In this document: positions 12,231 through 24,869 of the stretch, one piece after another
How positions within the stretch are numbered: position 1 is the first letter of the stretch
Layout: every line of letters begins with the position of its first letter
Source: Octopus sinensis
Lineage: Eukaryota
Direction of reading: 5' to 3'
NCBI RefSeq assembly: GCF_006345805.1
Contig: NC_043004.1
Location: 4,092,001 to 4,156,000, forward strand
Length of the DNA stretch: 64,000 bases
Notes under the pieces: model-generated
Seen by the model: the letters and a program-made list of their open reading frames with translations, nothing else
What the model was told of the DNA's origin: nothing
Database searches by the model: none
Made by a program: the position numbers and the translations under genes

Positions 12231-12481
12231 TATAAATTCTTGTCTGAAACTACCAATCATCAGAAAGACAGGTTTGGGCTCCTCGAAAAGTTACGAAATA
12301 ATCCCAGGACGCTACTTTCGGCTATCAAATTTGGCGTTCTATCAGAAGACCTAATCAAAACCAAACAGGTGCATAACTGAACAGGAATGCATGGCGTACA
12401 ACATAGAATATAGATTTGCAATGAAGACGTTTAAGTACATATGTTTACGTGCCATTTTTACATATATTTCGTATATTTATA

Positions 12482-12541
<60 letters not shown>

Positions 12542-12592
12542 ATATATATTATATTATATATATATAATATGTATATATAATATATATGTATG

Positions 12593-12654
<62 letters not shown>

Positions 12655-12759
12655 AGCAAATCCCAGAAAACAAGAAGAACAAACGCAAGAAAAAGCAATA
12701 GCACAAGGACGTGGTACATTCAAAGTATTAGCAGACGCTCAGGGAAGGAAAGAAAGGTG

Positions 12760-12797
12760 GTTTAACGTTTCGAGAAAAGAAAAGCTTCTTCAGAAAC
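12760..12797 (-). ncRNA. Hammerhead motif with degenerate stem II, in a ~210 bp element (12650-12860)
   Basis: Minus GTTT-CTGAAGA-AGC..CTC-GAAA-CG-TT-AAAC; homologous with its flanks to 57060-57260. Confidence 0.65.
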
Positions 12798-13183
12798 AGG
12801 AAACAGAGGAAAGTCCAGAGAAAGGAAGCGGAAGGGAAAAAATTGCCGATTTAGATGTGGTATATACGCACACACACACACACACACCACACATATATTA
12901 TATATATATTATATATATATTATATATATACATATATACATATATATTATATATACCACTTAATGTACACAGTATAAAGAGAAAGAGCTACAAATAGTTT
13001 CTTGCTGTGGAGACACGTTGCTCGGTAGGTTTATATAATGTACCTTGTGTTTCTTCAGACTATGTACAATAAATTATATCATCTTTAACTAGTTGGAGTA
13101 CTGTATTTCTTGACCTTACCTTAACGTATCAGTAGACTACACGCACGCACACACACACACACACACTCTCACATACACACACA

Positions 13184-13230
<47 letters not shown>

Positions 13231-13944
13231 ACACAAACTCGACAATATACAATTCTTGCCGGTAAGAATAAAGTTCCTAAAATAGAGAAATTCGAAGAAT
13301 TGCTTTGGTCCAATGGTAGAACTTCTGTAATGTCTACAGTTGTGAGTCCAAGTCCCACAAGCTTCGACATCTTCTATCCAAGGTGGGGGGGTCGGTTTCA
13401 ACCGAGTATTTGGTTTTATGATGCACATATGTACACACTTTTAGACACCTGTAGAGGTTCTAACGCAAAGAAATTCACTGCTACGAGAATTCTTTTTTAA
13501 ATAATGAACCGAGCAAAAGAAATTCCTCGCATTAATATTCAATTTAATAAAACTCGTGTATAGGAGTATTTTATTAGAAATATATTTCAGACAGAATTAT
13601 CAATGTTATGAGAAAACATCGATGTGGAATAAACTGCCGAAAAGCAAAATATATTCGCCATAACAAATTCACTCAATATCCAATTATATACATATTCTGC
13701 AAATAATGAGGAATCGAAAAGAAAACCGTTTTAGCCAACAATAAAAATGTTTATTCTTCACATTTTCCTTCCACTTAACTTTCTTTAGATTCCATCTACG
13801 CTGAAATCTTCTCTTTTTCCCTTCGCTAGTTTCATTCCGAATTTCGGATCGTCATTAAGTTGCGAAGATTGTGCAATTTGTATAATCGAGTTCTCTATGT
13901 ATGCGTGTGTATATGTATGTATTATATATATATATGTGTGTGTG

Positions 13945-14018
<74 letters not shown>

Positions 14019-14105
14019 CACATATGTGTGAATTTGCGTATTTATATAATATATATATATGTATATATATATATACACATATGTGTGAATTTGCGTATTT
14101 ATATA

Positions 14106-14144
<39 letters not shown>

Positions 14145-14415
14145 GGTGTGTGTATAGCTGTGAGCATGTATATTTTTTTGTATATTTACTTCTTTCAGTT
14201 ATTGAACTGCTGCAGTGGTGGGGGCACCACCTTGAAGGCTTTAGTGTAATAATAATTATTATTATTGTTGTTGTTGTTGTTATTATATTATTATTATTAT
14301 CATCATCATCATCAGCAGCAGCATTATCATTATTATTATTATATTATTATATATATATGTATATGCATGTATACGTAAATATATTATATATATTATATAT
14401 CTTATATATATATAT

Positions 14416-14463
<48 letters not shown>

Positions 14464-15084
14464 TATATATACATATAGAGAGAAACAGACAGACAGATGA
14501 ATAAACAGATAATATTCAAAATATTCCACCAAGTTTGGAACATGGAAAAGTAACATAAAGAAGAAAATGTGTTATTCCTTTTATATTGCAGTTAATCAAT
14601 TCCAAAGTGTCTTATTACAATCAAATTATTCCAAAATATATTATTACTTATTCCGAAATATCAGATCATATCCAAAATACATTACAACAATCAAATCATT
14701 TTAAGATTCCAAAGTTCATTTTTACATTCCAATCATTTCAAAATACATTATTTAACACTCCAAAGCATTTAATTCCAAAAATACATAATCATATATTCTA
14801 AAGTGCATAATTCCCAACTGGTTTCATTTCTTGCAGGAGATATTCATTGCTGCTAGACTTCATTTAATGTATAGTGTGTCTACTAAACATAGACTCGTTG
14901 GAGACTCACTCGGTAACAAGTGAGATATATTACATATGTTAGTTGACCCAAATTAAGTGGGAGTGTACTTTTTTTGTACTTTAACTATTCAAATATATGT
15001 AGGGAAATATATTTTATAAATATCAATAAATGAATTAGACAAAAGTTTCGATAATTTCCTGCACATCAATCCAAATGTGCAATG

Positions 15085-15143
15085 GTTCGAATTTTTCCAC
15101 TGTTCGAATTTTTCCACTGTTCGAATTTTTCCACTGTTCGAAT
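15085..15143. repeat. 17-bp tandem repeat GTTCGAATTTTTCCACT, about 3.5 copies, inside the PLE EN region
   Basis: Direct reading. Confidence 0.95.
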
Positions 15144-15769
15144 GATATATTTGTTGATGGTGAACTGCCGTGCAATATAATACTAGTCACACCTGTAGCA
15201 TGTTATGATATAAATTAAGTTTTCTGGAAGACAAGTGAATTAGTTTTTATTCAAACATTGACTCATTTTGAGGAGGAACTCTGAAAATTTGATATTCAGT
15301 ATCTTTTAAACTATAGGTTGGTATGTAATTGGACACTTGTTAAACGCTTTTTTAATGAAGGTTGATGCATTTTACTTTTAATTTTGTTTCTTAGATCTCC
15401 CTTATTTTCAGATCAGGTTTTAAATACCTAAATATTCTTAAGATTGTGGATTAATATTACGTACAGTAAAACATTTGTTTTTGCCTTGGCTTTTACAGCT
15501 CTTCAATCACTGGAATTTCTATTATTTCAATGGCATTGTTAATTAATAATGATGGTGAATAATGCCTTTTAGACAGAATATTTTTTAGTTCATTGAATCT
15601 TTAATTTCAGGTATTTAGGTTTGATATAATGGTGAATTTTATTTTAGTGAGATTGTAAGGGATATTCACTCGCGTGTATTTTAAGGTGGAATGAAGTAAA
15701 GAGTAAATATTTTCTTGAGTTTGTTGGTTTCTAGTATATATCTGTCTCAATTTTATTGTTTTTTCCGCT

Positions 15770-15895
15770 GAGGTTGACTTTGCCTTTCATCCTTTCGGGG
15801 TCGATAAATTAAGTACCAGTTGTGTACTGGGTCGATCTAATCGACTGCCCCCTCCCCAAACATTTCGGGCCTTGTGCCTAAAGTAGAAAAGAATT
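15770..15895 (+). mobile_element. SINE family A, 3' fragment inserted in the PLE
   Basis: GAGGTTGACTTTGCCTTTCATCCTTTCGGGGTCGATAAATTAAGTACCAGT. Confidence 0.88.
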
Positions 15896-16659
15896 TTATT
15901 CTGTTTTCATAATTAAAATATCTAAAGACGATTCATGCTTACTGTACTCCTTAGTAAACTGAATATTTTTGTCAATACTATTTAGGAGGGTCTTAAATTT
16001 CAGAAAGTCCAATCCAAACTTCTTCCCATAGAATAAAACAATCGTCTATCTTTTCCTATTTTCCTTCAAGAAGTTATGAAAATGGTTTCAATATTTCTAC
16101 CTGGATTTTTCATTACCTGGATATCTCATTACTAAATTTGCACAGGTTGGGGCTACCTTGGTCACCATTGTTTTACAGAATAAATTGAAAACTTTCAGTA
16201 ATAAATTCTTTCTATATGCGATTTGGTAACTCATGATGACATTTATTATGCAAAAAACATATCGCTTCTATTTCATATTCGTGCGGTATATTTGAATATA
16301 GGTTAACCACATCAAGCAAAAAAACTATTAAGTCTTCTTATTCGTTGTACATGACACGTGGTTTAATATATCCAAGTAATTGCAAATGAAACTGTATATG
16401 TTTCAAATTTGGCCTTAGTAATATGCCTAAGAAATTGTTCGATTTATTAATATCGAAGAAAGTACACATATATACTGAATATTCTATTGGATAATAGGTC
16501 ATGTCCCTCTAGTTTTCCGTTCATATTGCCTCCATTCAAATTATAAATTGGAACTTAGCTCAATTTGAGCTCTTCGATTCTAGCCTGTTTCTGAGTATTA
16601 ATAATGTTAACAATTTTTATATAAAATAGTATAATTTATGTATATGTATATGTATATGC

Positions 16660-16709
<50 letters not shown>

Positions 16710-16753
16710 AAACAAGTCATGATAGAAAATGCTAAAATAATTTTAGAAAGAAC

Positions 16754-16797
16754 ATTTCAGTACCGGTTTCAGTCATTGAGACCTTTTCAACTGTAAC
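16754..16797 (-). ncRNA. Minimal type-I hammerhead with compensatory U3-A8 core
   Basis: Minus GTTACAG-TTGAAAA-GGTC-TCAAT-GACT-GAAA-CCGG-TA-CTGAAAT; palindrome ACCGGT. Confidence 0.75.
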
Positions 16798-16947
16798 AAT
16801 TAAATAATTAAATTTAGAAAAATTAAAAGAAGTTTTTTTTTAAAGGAATATTTGTATAGTGTTCAAATATAAGTGGCATTTTCCTTGTTTCTGTCTCTCT
16901 TGTTTACTCTTGTGTGTAAACAAGAGAGACAAGAGTCTTAATAGACA

Positions 16948-17041
16948 AGTGGTGGTGGTGGTGGTGGCGGTGGTGGTGGTGGTGGTGGTTGTGGCGGTGG
17001 TGGTGATCGCAGTGGTGATGGTGGTGAAAGTGGTGGTGGCG

Positions 17042-17073
<32 letters not shown>

Positions 17074-17415
17074 GGTGGTGGTGGTGGTGGTGGTAGTAGT
17101 GGTGGTGGTCGCAGTGGCGATGGAGGTGAAGGTGGTGGAAGTGTTGACAGTGCTGCTCTGCTATTGCTGATGTAAAAGTATGTATGATCATGATGAGTGG
17201 TGGTGACAGTCATGGCGATGGAGTTGGTTATGGTGATGAAGGCGGAGGTGTTGGTGGCAGAGGTGCTGGCGGTGGAGATGCTGGCGGCGGAGGTGCTGGC
17301 GGTGGAGGTGCTGGCGGCAGAGGTGCTGGCGGCGGAGGTGCTGGCGGCGGAGGTGCTGGCGGCGGAGGTGCTGGCGGCGGAGGTGCTGGCGGCGGAGGTG
17401 CTGGCGGCGGAGGTG
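16948..17415. repeat. (GGT/GTT)n trinucleotide tract followed by GC-rich 15-bp minisatellite GGAGGTGCTGGCGGC (about 11 copies, 17244-17415)
   Basis: Direct reading; source of the poly-V, poly-H, poly-P, (GGGGA)n and (STSAA)n ORFs. Confidence 0.95.
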
Positions 17416-18079
17416 GTCGTGGCTGTAGCGATGGTCTTCAAATCGATAATCGTGTCGTTCGAATGACATCAGCGGTGTCAGTAAACAAATGTGTCGAGTG
17501 AAATCTGTGACCTTTATATTTCCTGAATAATTAAATTTCCCGTGAAACGATTGTATTCGTGTGTGTGAGAGAGAATTAATTCTCTAATTAACTGGTGTTA
17601 ATTAATATATTGTTAGCATTTCTTTCATAATTCAAATTAAACAACTTTTTTTTTTATTTAGATATATATTTTCATTTTTCCCTCGCAAAACCTGTCTTGT
17701 GTTTGGGGTTAAATGTGACGGGGAAGATGTGAGGGTGCGTGCATATGTGTGTATGCGGTGTGATATCCCGGTTCCATCCCACTGCGTGGCATGATGGCAA
17801 GGTCAGTAAATGAGTGTAGAGGGAAACTGTGCGGAAACCTCTCAATGAACTCTGCCTGTAGCTCAAAGATCCAACACTATGATGTGATATTAATTTAGCC
17901 TGGCTTTCACAATTAAACACACCCGTATGTGTGTGTGTGTGTGCAGCATGACCCGGTTGTTCATTAAAATAACGGGGCTCTACATGGCTTGATTGAACAG
18001 CTGAAACAGCTAGCTTCGGATATAACTGGTATCCATTAGACATATGAATGTGTGTGTGTGGACATATATACATATATAT

Positions 18080-18540
18080 CTGAGAACTTTCCGTTCTAAA
18101 GATGCCTACACCATCATCCTTCTCTTCTCTACTTTTGTCCGATCCCACCTTGAATACAGTTGCCCACTGTGGTTCCCCATACGAAGCAACTCATAATGAA
18201 AGTGGAAGCACTCCAGAGGTCAATAACAGGAAAGACAGATGATATGAGAGGCATTGACTATTGAGGTCGACTAAAAAGCTCAATCTCTACTCTCGCCAAC
18301 GCAGCCGGGAGCGCTACGTCACTTGTGTGATGTGGAAAATATTCCATCAATGTCGCACAAATGATGCTGGCATCAATTTTAAAATCAACCCAAGACTTGG
18401 CCCCCGTGCTATCCGCCCACTACAAAAATCGAACTCAAATCACATAACATTACGCCAGAACTACTTTACCTCAACCGGTCCAGCTCTCTTTGATACCATA
18501 CCAAAATACGTCAAAACGGAAACGGATCCCATAAAATTCA
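18080..18540 (+). mobile_element. CR1-clade LINE 3' RT fragment
   Basis: LRTFRSKDAYTIILLFSTFVRSHLEYSCPLW; LNLYSRQRSRERY; homologous to 44340-44700. Confidence 0.85.
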
Positions 18541-18554
18541 TATATATATATATG

Positions 18555-18960
18555 TCAGGTCACTTTCGAGTGCTACTGGTTTCATGTAACCCAGTACAAC
18601 CTGTTGCATGGTCGGGTCGTCGGCGACTAAACCGGCAACCCCACCAAGCTTGCTTGGTGAGGAGGGTGTTTATTGGACACCCTGCGGGATGAAAAACAAG
18701 ACCCGTCAAAGGGCGGAGGAACTCTTGATAGTCAACGGCCATCCAATAAATGTCTTAAGGCTGTATCATGCGCGGGGATATAGAAATAATCGGACTGAAT
18801 ACCCGATCGCGCGGTTAAACCATTGGGAGTGAAGGACTCCTAGCCTTTGTTAGGGCATCCTTCTAGGAGAAGGTAACTCAGGTAACTGGGATAACTCCGA
18901 CGTAAAACCTGCGGCTCAGTGGTTACCGATGATGTTGACTTGTTCTTCTTTTCGGATTAT
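18555..18960 (+). mobile_element. Non-coding repeat resembling an RTE-LINE 5' leader
   Basis: TTCTAGGAGAAGGTAACTC..AAAACC recalls RTE 5' UTRs; higher GC than its flanks; inserted in (TA)n. Confidence 0.45.
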
Positions 18961-19143
18961 GGCTGCTGTTGCTTAGTGAGTGGGATTGACTCAGTGCACA
19001 GCCTTTCCTCACTTTAAAAAAAATCTTCCTGCACAAGCATTGCACGATAACAACATTGATTAAGCTTCGTGCAATGGCTATAACGATAACAAGGGGGCAG
19101 CCACTATATATATGTGTGTGTGTGTGTGTGTGCATAAATATAC

Positions 19144-19182
<39 letters not shown>

Positions 19183-19445
19183 ACCCCAGCGTTGCCCGGT
19201 AAAGTATTCACGGAATTGTTTGCCATTTTTGTAGAATGGGAATTCACGGTACTTATGCATGTATATATATTTAACCTGACTTCTGAACTGATTTAATTGG
19301 AACTATCCAAACAATAGTCGTCAGTTTACATGAGTAGAAGCCTTGTGTTTTTTTTAACAATTTTTATCTTGAAAATCTGCTGTTACTTTTATTTTAAAAT
19401 GAAAGAGAGAAAAAGTGAAAGATGTATGAATGTGTTTATGAAATG

Positions 19446-19481
<36 letters not shown>

Positions 19482-19809
19482 TGCGTGTATGTGAGAGAGA
19501 GAAAGAGAGCCACTTACACATACATGAGAACACACACGCTCACTCACTTACTCTCTCTCTCTCACACACACACACACATGCACACATGCACACGTACATA
19601 CAAAAAAAGGATGTACGCATATGTATTGATGTATGTACGTATACATGACAACACACCCCTTCACTCACTCTTTGTATCTCTCTCTCTTCCTCCCTCTCTC
19701 TTTCTCTCTCGCTTTCTCTCTCTCTCTCCCTCTCTCTCTTTCTCTCTCTCTTTCTCCCTCCCTCTCTCTCTCTCTCTCTCTCTTTCACACACATCCATTT
19801 CATATACAC

Positions 19810-20890
19810 GTACACTTTCTCCTCTCTGGAAATTGCCCATAGGTCCCGGCCCGAAAGTTGTTCTGAAGAGGCGGGCCAGGTATTCCTCGTCGACACCCAG
19901 GGTCTCCCCAAGAATGTCGTCGCACCTCCCCTCCACTAATCCTCTATAGAATTCCTTCGTGGAATTGAAGTCGCGCAAGTTTGATCCCGGACGGCAGAGT
20001 CGTTTGAGAGCATGGTGACACTCGCGGTGCTATTCGCCCAACTTCGGTATCTGATCCACGGTTACAGTTCAATCAAAGAGACGAGAGTTGCGAGAAAGCG
20101 CATCTCAGAAACAGCGACCACACCTGTTCACCTTCGTCTATGAAGCGCTAGAGATGTCGCAGTCCCAGCGCATGTCTGTATATCATTAACCACGGTATGC
20201 CCAGCCCTCAATTTAGCAGCAAATGGATTGCCTAAACATCGGAACGCTTTCCTTCCACAAAAAGCGGATGAGTATGCGTTCTAGTTTTATTATGGTAGGA
20301 TGGGGATAAGGCACGACGGTCAGACGGTAGTAGATGAAGGATGTGATGTACGCGTTCGCCACCTCAGTCCGACCATTTAGACGTAGCTTCCTCTCGGCCC
20401 ATTGCTGGGTGAGAGTGGCCACCCTACTCGTTATCTCGTCGCATTTGGAGGTCTGGACCGAACCAAGCTCCGAGAAATTTAACTGGACCTTCGGTCCGGT
20501 GTCCCACGATGGAGACGCTGTTGGACGGCATGGGCTTGCTTCTCCAGGTGCCGAGCCACAAGCCCATTGACTTTTCTGGGTTAATTTTCTCTCTCGTTAC
20601 CGCTTCGTATTCTTTTAGTGTCTCACCGACCAGATCGATGTGCCTGTGGCTCGCTACTTTCACGGTGATGTCGTCCGCGTATGCAGACACGCTCCTCCTG
20701 CATCCCTCAGCGTTGCCAGCTTCTGCAGTAGAGGCTCTAGAGTCAATACATACAGAAGTGACGAGAGGGGGCATCCTTGACGGACCGAACGCATGATGTT
20801 AAATGGTTTAGATAGATGACCGTTTACGCGAACTACCGAGCGGATGCCGCTGTATAAAGCAGCGATCCAACCGCGGAAAACTGGACCGGT
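19810..20890 (-). mobile_element. L1/Tx1-clade LINE fragment (RT C-terminal half)
   Basis: VRVNGHLSKPFNIMRSVRQGCPLS, SAYADDITV, EKINPEKS, KFLGAWFG, RKLRLNGRTEVANAYI. Confidence 0.9.
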
Positions 20891-21262
20891 AGGTAGGTAG
20901 GTAGGTAGGTAGATAGATAGATAAAAGGATAATGCTTATATTTTATATGTGTATATATGTACATGTATATATGTATAATACACACACATAGATATACATA
21001 AGCACCTGTATTTTAATGTGTATATATATATATATATATGCATACACATTCATGCGCACACACACAGCATATACACACACACACATACACACACAACATA
21101 CAAAAATACTCAAGAAAAAGCTACAATTTGAAGGATTCTTTCTCACCTTTATTCACAGCCAACTAAACTCATTTCTCATTTTTACGACGAATGGCCCCTG
21201 GACGAAATTGACTGTTCACAACACGCAAAATTATCTTATTTCACAAATTACACATATCATGG

Positions 21263-21328
<66 letters not shown>

Positions 21329-21724
21329 ACACACGTACAGACACACTTACACACGTACAAACACGCGTACATTTCACTCAAATCCTTTTAAGCAAAAGAC
21401 TTATCGGAGATTTGCGAGACGCCATATTCTCTTCTCATAAAGTATTATCAAAAGATCGTCGCTATTTTCTTGCAAACATGTCTGTTTTAATATTCGATTC
21501 ACCAATTGTTAACAAAATGGCAAAATTTGGTACTTCTTTTATTATAAAGGTTTAGAAATAGAAGCTTCGAAATCAATAAATAAAGCTGAATAAATTTTTA
21601 TTGATGCTGGACCAAAGTATAAGTGAAATATTATTTCTCTATAAGAATAGAATGGAAACCACACACACACACAAACACACACACACAAACATATACACGC
21701 ACATACATATGTGTGTGTGTGTGT

Positions 21725-22030
21725 GTGTATACGACGGGCTTTTTTCAGTTTCTATCTACCAAATCCACTCACAAGGCTTTGGTCGGCCCGAGGCTATAGT
21801 AGAAGACACTTGCCCAAGGTGCCACGCAGTGGGACTGAACCCGGGACCATGTGGTTGGTAAGCAAGCTACTTACCACACAGCCACTCCTGCGCCTATTGG
21901 TCTCTTTTGCCGCTAAGTTACGGATACGTAAACAAACCACCATCCGTTGTCAAGCAATGCTGGGGGACAAACACACACATATATACACGACGGGCTTCGT
22001 TCATTTTCCGTCTACCAAATCCACTCACTA
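21725..22030 (-). mobile_element. SINE family B, one head-containing copy plus an adjacent partial copy
   Basis: Reverse complement of GTGGTAAGTAGCTTGCTTACCAACCACATGGTCCCGGGTTCAGTCCCACTGCGTGGCACCTTGGGCAAGTG. Confidence 0.85.
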
Positions 22031-22062
22031 TATCGAAGATGTTTATATTTATGACGATGATG

Positions 22063-22375
22063 AAGGCACGTAGCTTAGTGGTTAGGGTGTTCGGCTCACG
22101 GTCGTAACATCATGCGTTCGATTCCTGGCAGTGCACTGTCTTCTTCCGCAAAATATTTTATTTCCCTTTACTCCACTTCACTCAGCTGACAAAAATGAGT
22201 TGTACCTGTAATTCAATGGGGCCAGCCATATCACACTGTGTCACACTGAATCTCACAGAGAACTATGTTAGGGGTACGCGTGTCTGTGGAGTACTCAGCC
22301 ACTTGCGCGTTAATTTCACGAGCAGGCTGATCCGTCGATCTGATCAACCAGAATACTCGTCGTCGTAACCGACAC
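22063..22375 (+). mobile_element. SINE family C (tRNA head, CACTCAGCTG core)
   Basis: A-box TAGCTTAGTGG, B-box GTTCGATTCC; related copy at 46330-46545 (minus). Confidence 0.75.
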
Positions 22376-23329
22376 AGGACCAGTTTTTGTTTTTTTTATG
22401 ACGAAGAATGAAACAATGATCCCTGGTTTCTTGAATTACTGCAAACAGAAATCGATTTAGCTTCAAGACGACAAAGGCGTCCTTAACTTTCAGCAGAGTC
22501 GATTCCACCAAAGAACCGAGTATTAATAGATTAAGCTGATAGATTAAGTCTCGCCGTTTCTCTAAATTCAAAATTAGAACGATGGGTCAGAGAAGTGCTA
22601 CGTTGGTTATTAGCAGTCACGAGTTCAATTCTCAACTAAATTATGCTGTACCACATCGTGGTATAGTTCCAGTCCGTAAGTAATACTAATTTCAATTCCT
22701 ACCGCAGCCAAAAATTACCGGTGATAAACAAGCGACCAACCTCGGAGGAATTACTTCTCTCTCATTCACTTAACTCTACGACGAAATAAAACCCCGATAA
22801 GCATCGACAACACCATTATCCTTTGTAGATTCGAGAAACGATTTATTTTGACCGTAAATATGAGCCAATGACTCTGTGTAAGAAATCCTCAATAGAAAGC
22901 GAAAGTTAGTGTGGCGTTAATGAATCGTTTATAAGCGCTTACCTATGAAGTGAAATCTCATCATTGAACCATTATTTCACCAACTCAAGCAGACAGAGCG
23001 GGAGAAGGGGAGGAAGGGAGGGAGAAAATGAAGAATTCTTTGCTGAATACAAAAGTGAGAGAGTTGAAGGGAGACGTAATTGTTCGCAGGATTTCCAAGA
23101 ATTACAACAATGCAGGCATTGAGCGGAGGAAGTCTTTTGACTCAGTTATGTGCACTGAACTAAACACGGAACTAACCGATGGGGTTGGGTATAACTTTCT
23201 GATGGTGTGTGCGCGTGTATGTGTGTGTGTGTGTGTGTGTGAGTGTTAGTATATAAGTAAGGGTTACAAAATCAAAGTCTCTGTCTGTCGTATCTATCTC
23301 TCGGTCTCTTTGTCTTTTTCTCTTTCTTC

Positions 23330-23391
<62 letters not shown>

Positions 23392-23702
23392 CTGTGTCTT
23401 CTCAGAAATATAGCGTTATTCATTCTAATGAATATCGTTGTATACATTCATATACGCACACATACACACCATATATACATACATATACATATATACATAC
23501 ATATAAATATACATACATACATAATTGCACACACAAATACACAAACGCGTGCGCGTGCACACACACACACACACACACCATGTACACACCACACACACAC
23601 ACCACACACACACGCACACACACACATACACACACCCATAGTGAACATTCAATTACAGGAAAGTGAAGTGAGGTGAACAAAATTTATTTAACGGGATATT
23701 GC

Positions 23703-23743
<41 letters not shown>

Positions 23744-23744
23744 T

Positions 23745-23814
<70 letters not shown>

Positions 23815-24869
23815 GTCATATATATATATACATACATATACATATACATATATATATATTCATATAAATAATTTTTCAGTATTGCTTGAAAATGAATATG
23901 GTGTATGTGCAGAGATGCGGTCACGCGTGCAAACAAAGAGAAGCTTCTTTTCTTTCGGATCTGAAGTATTGATTGTTATTACCGCCATTATGATGTAATT
24001 CTAATCATTTTCCTTCCAGTCCCTCCACACAGGTTTTATTTTAACTTTGTACTCTACCATGAAATCTGCGGCGTTATTGTTCTTTAGCTAAACTTATGTC
24101 GATGTTTCCGCTGTCTAAATTTTAATAGAGATACGAGTAGAAGTCTACCTCTGGATTCAATAAATTGTTGTCTTCGTTGTTGTTGTTGTTGTTGTTCGGC
24201 TCCAGTTTCGCCTTGACCCAGACGTTCCAGGCGAAACTAAGTCGTGTTTTATTCAGTCCTGTTGTATCTATGTCCCTCAGGAACTTCTAACCGGATTGCC
24301 AGTCCCCACTGGGTGATGGGTACCAGATGACATGTTAAGGGGTGCAACGAAGAAGGGAAGTATCTGCTTCATTAACGTCGCTTTTCAGGATGAAATTTTT
24401 AGCTCTTAAAAGTAACTTTCTTCCTTCTAACTCGGGACGGTCATTATAACACTAATAAACACACGTGCTAGTTCTATTTCACTTGCTTTGTTATTATTGG
24501 TCAATTCGTTGATCGTTTAATCAGTTAACTGATCGATTGTTTGATTAATCGTTCTGTCAATCGATCAATTACTTAGGTTTGTCCAAAGTCCTTTGGTTGC
24601 CGTTCGCGACCACATCAATAACATACCAACTCTATTCCAAGACTCTTTCAGGTCAGCTATTAAGGGACACCATGTACCCTCGTGCTGTACAAGTGGATAT
24701 TTTACCATTCATAACAAAGAATTCGGTCATAACTGACACGGCTTTCCTTCCCCTACGTATGAAGTTGCGGATTTTACTATATTTCACTGCAATGTGTGGT
24801 GGATACTTTTGTTTTTTGTTTTTTTTCTTTTTTAGTTGCCAAATCTCTTCAGCAAAGTTGACTGGGCCA

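Larger units (their letters stand above)
14830..16610 (-). mobile_element. Degenerate Penelope-like element (Penelope/Neptune type RT plus GIY-YIG), interrupted by a SINE fragment
   Basis: Minus strand LDVVNLYSNIPHE (RT motif A), TKVAPTCANLVM, IDDCFILW (motif C), TDIY*KPTNSRKYL (thumb), FTCLPENLIYIITCYRC (EN). Confidence 0.88.

Noticed and set aside
13815-13860. ATGACGA-TCCG..CGGA-AT-GAAACTAG motif on the minus strand
   Set aside because: At least three core or stem III defects; too degenerate to call
16859-17191. Poly-Val and poly-His ORFs as real proteins
   Set aside because: Direct readout of the (GGT)n repeat
18560-18960. HDV-like ribozyme in the RTE-like leader
   Set aside because: Could not fit the P1/P1.1/P3/J4-2 pseudoknot by eye
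22063-22135. tRNA gene
   Set aside because: A and B boxes are present but there is no full cloverleaf and it continues into a SINE body; the same applies to the other SINE heads
24204-24238. 10-bp hairpin followed by GAAACTAAGTC
   Set aside because: Simple inverted repeat with no CUGANGA; plausible by chance
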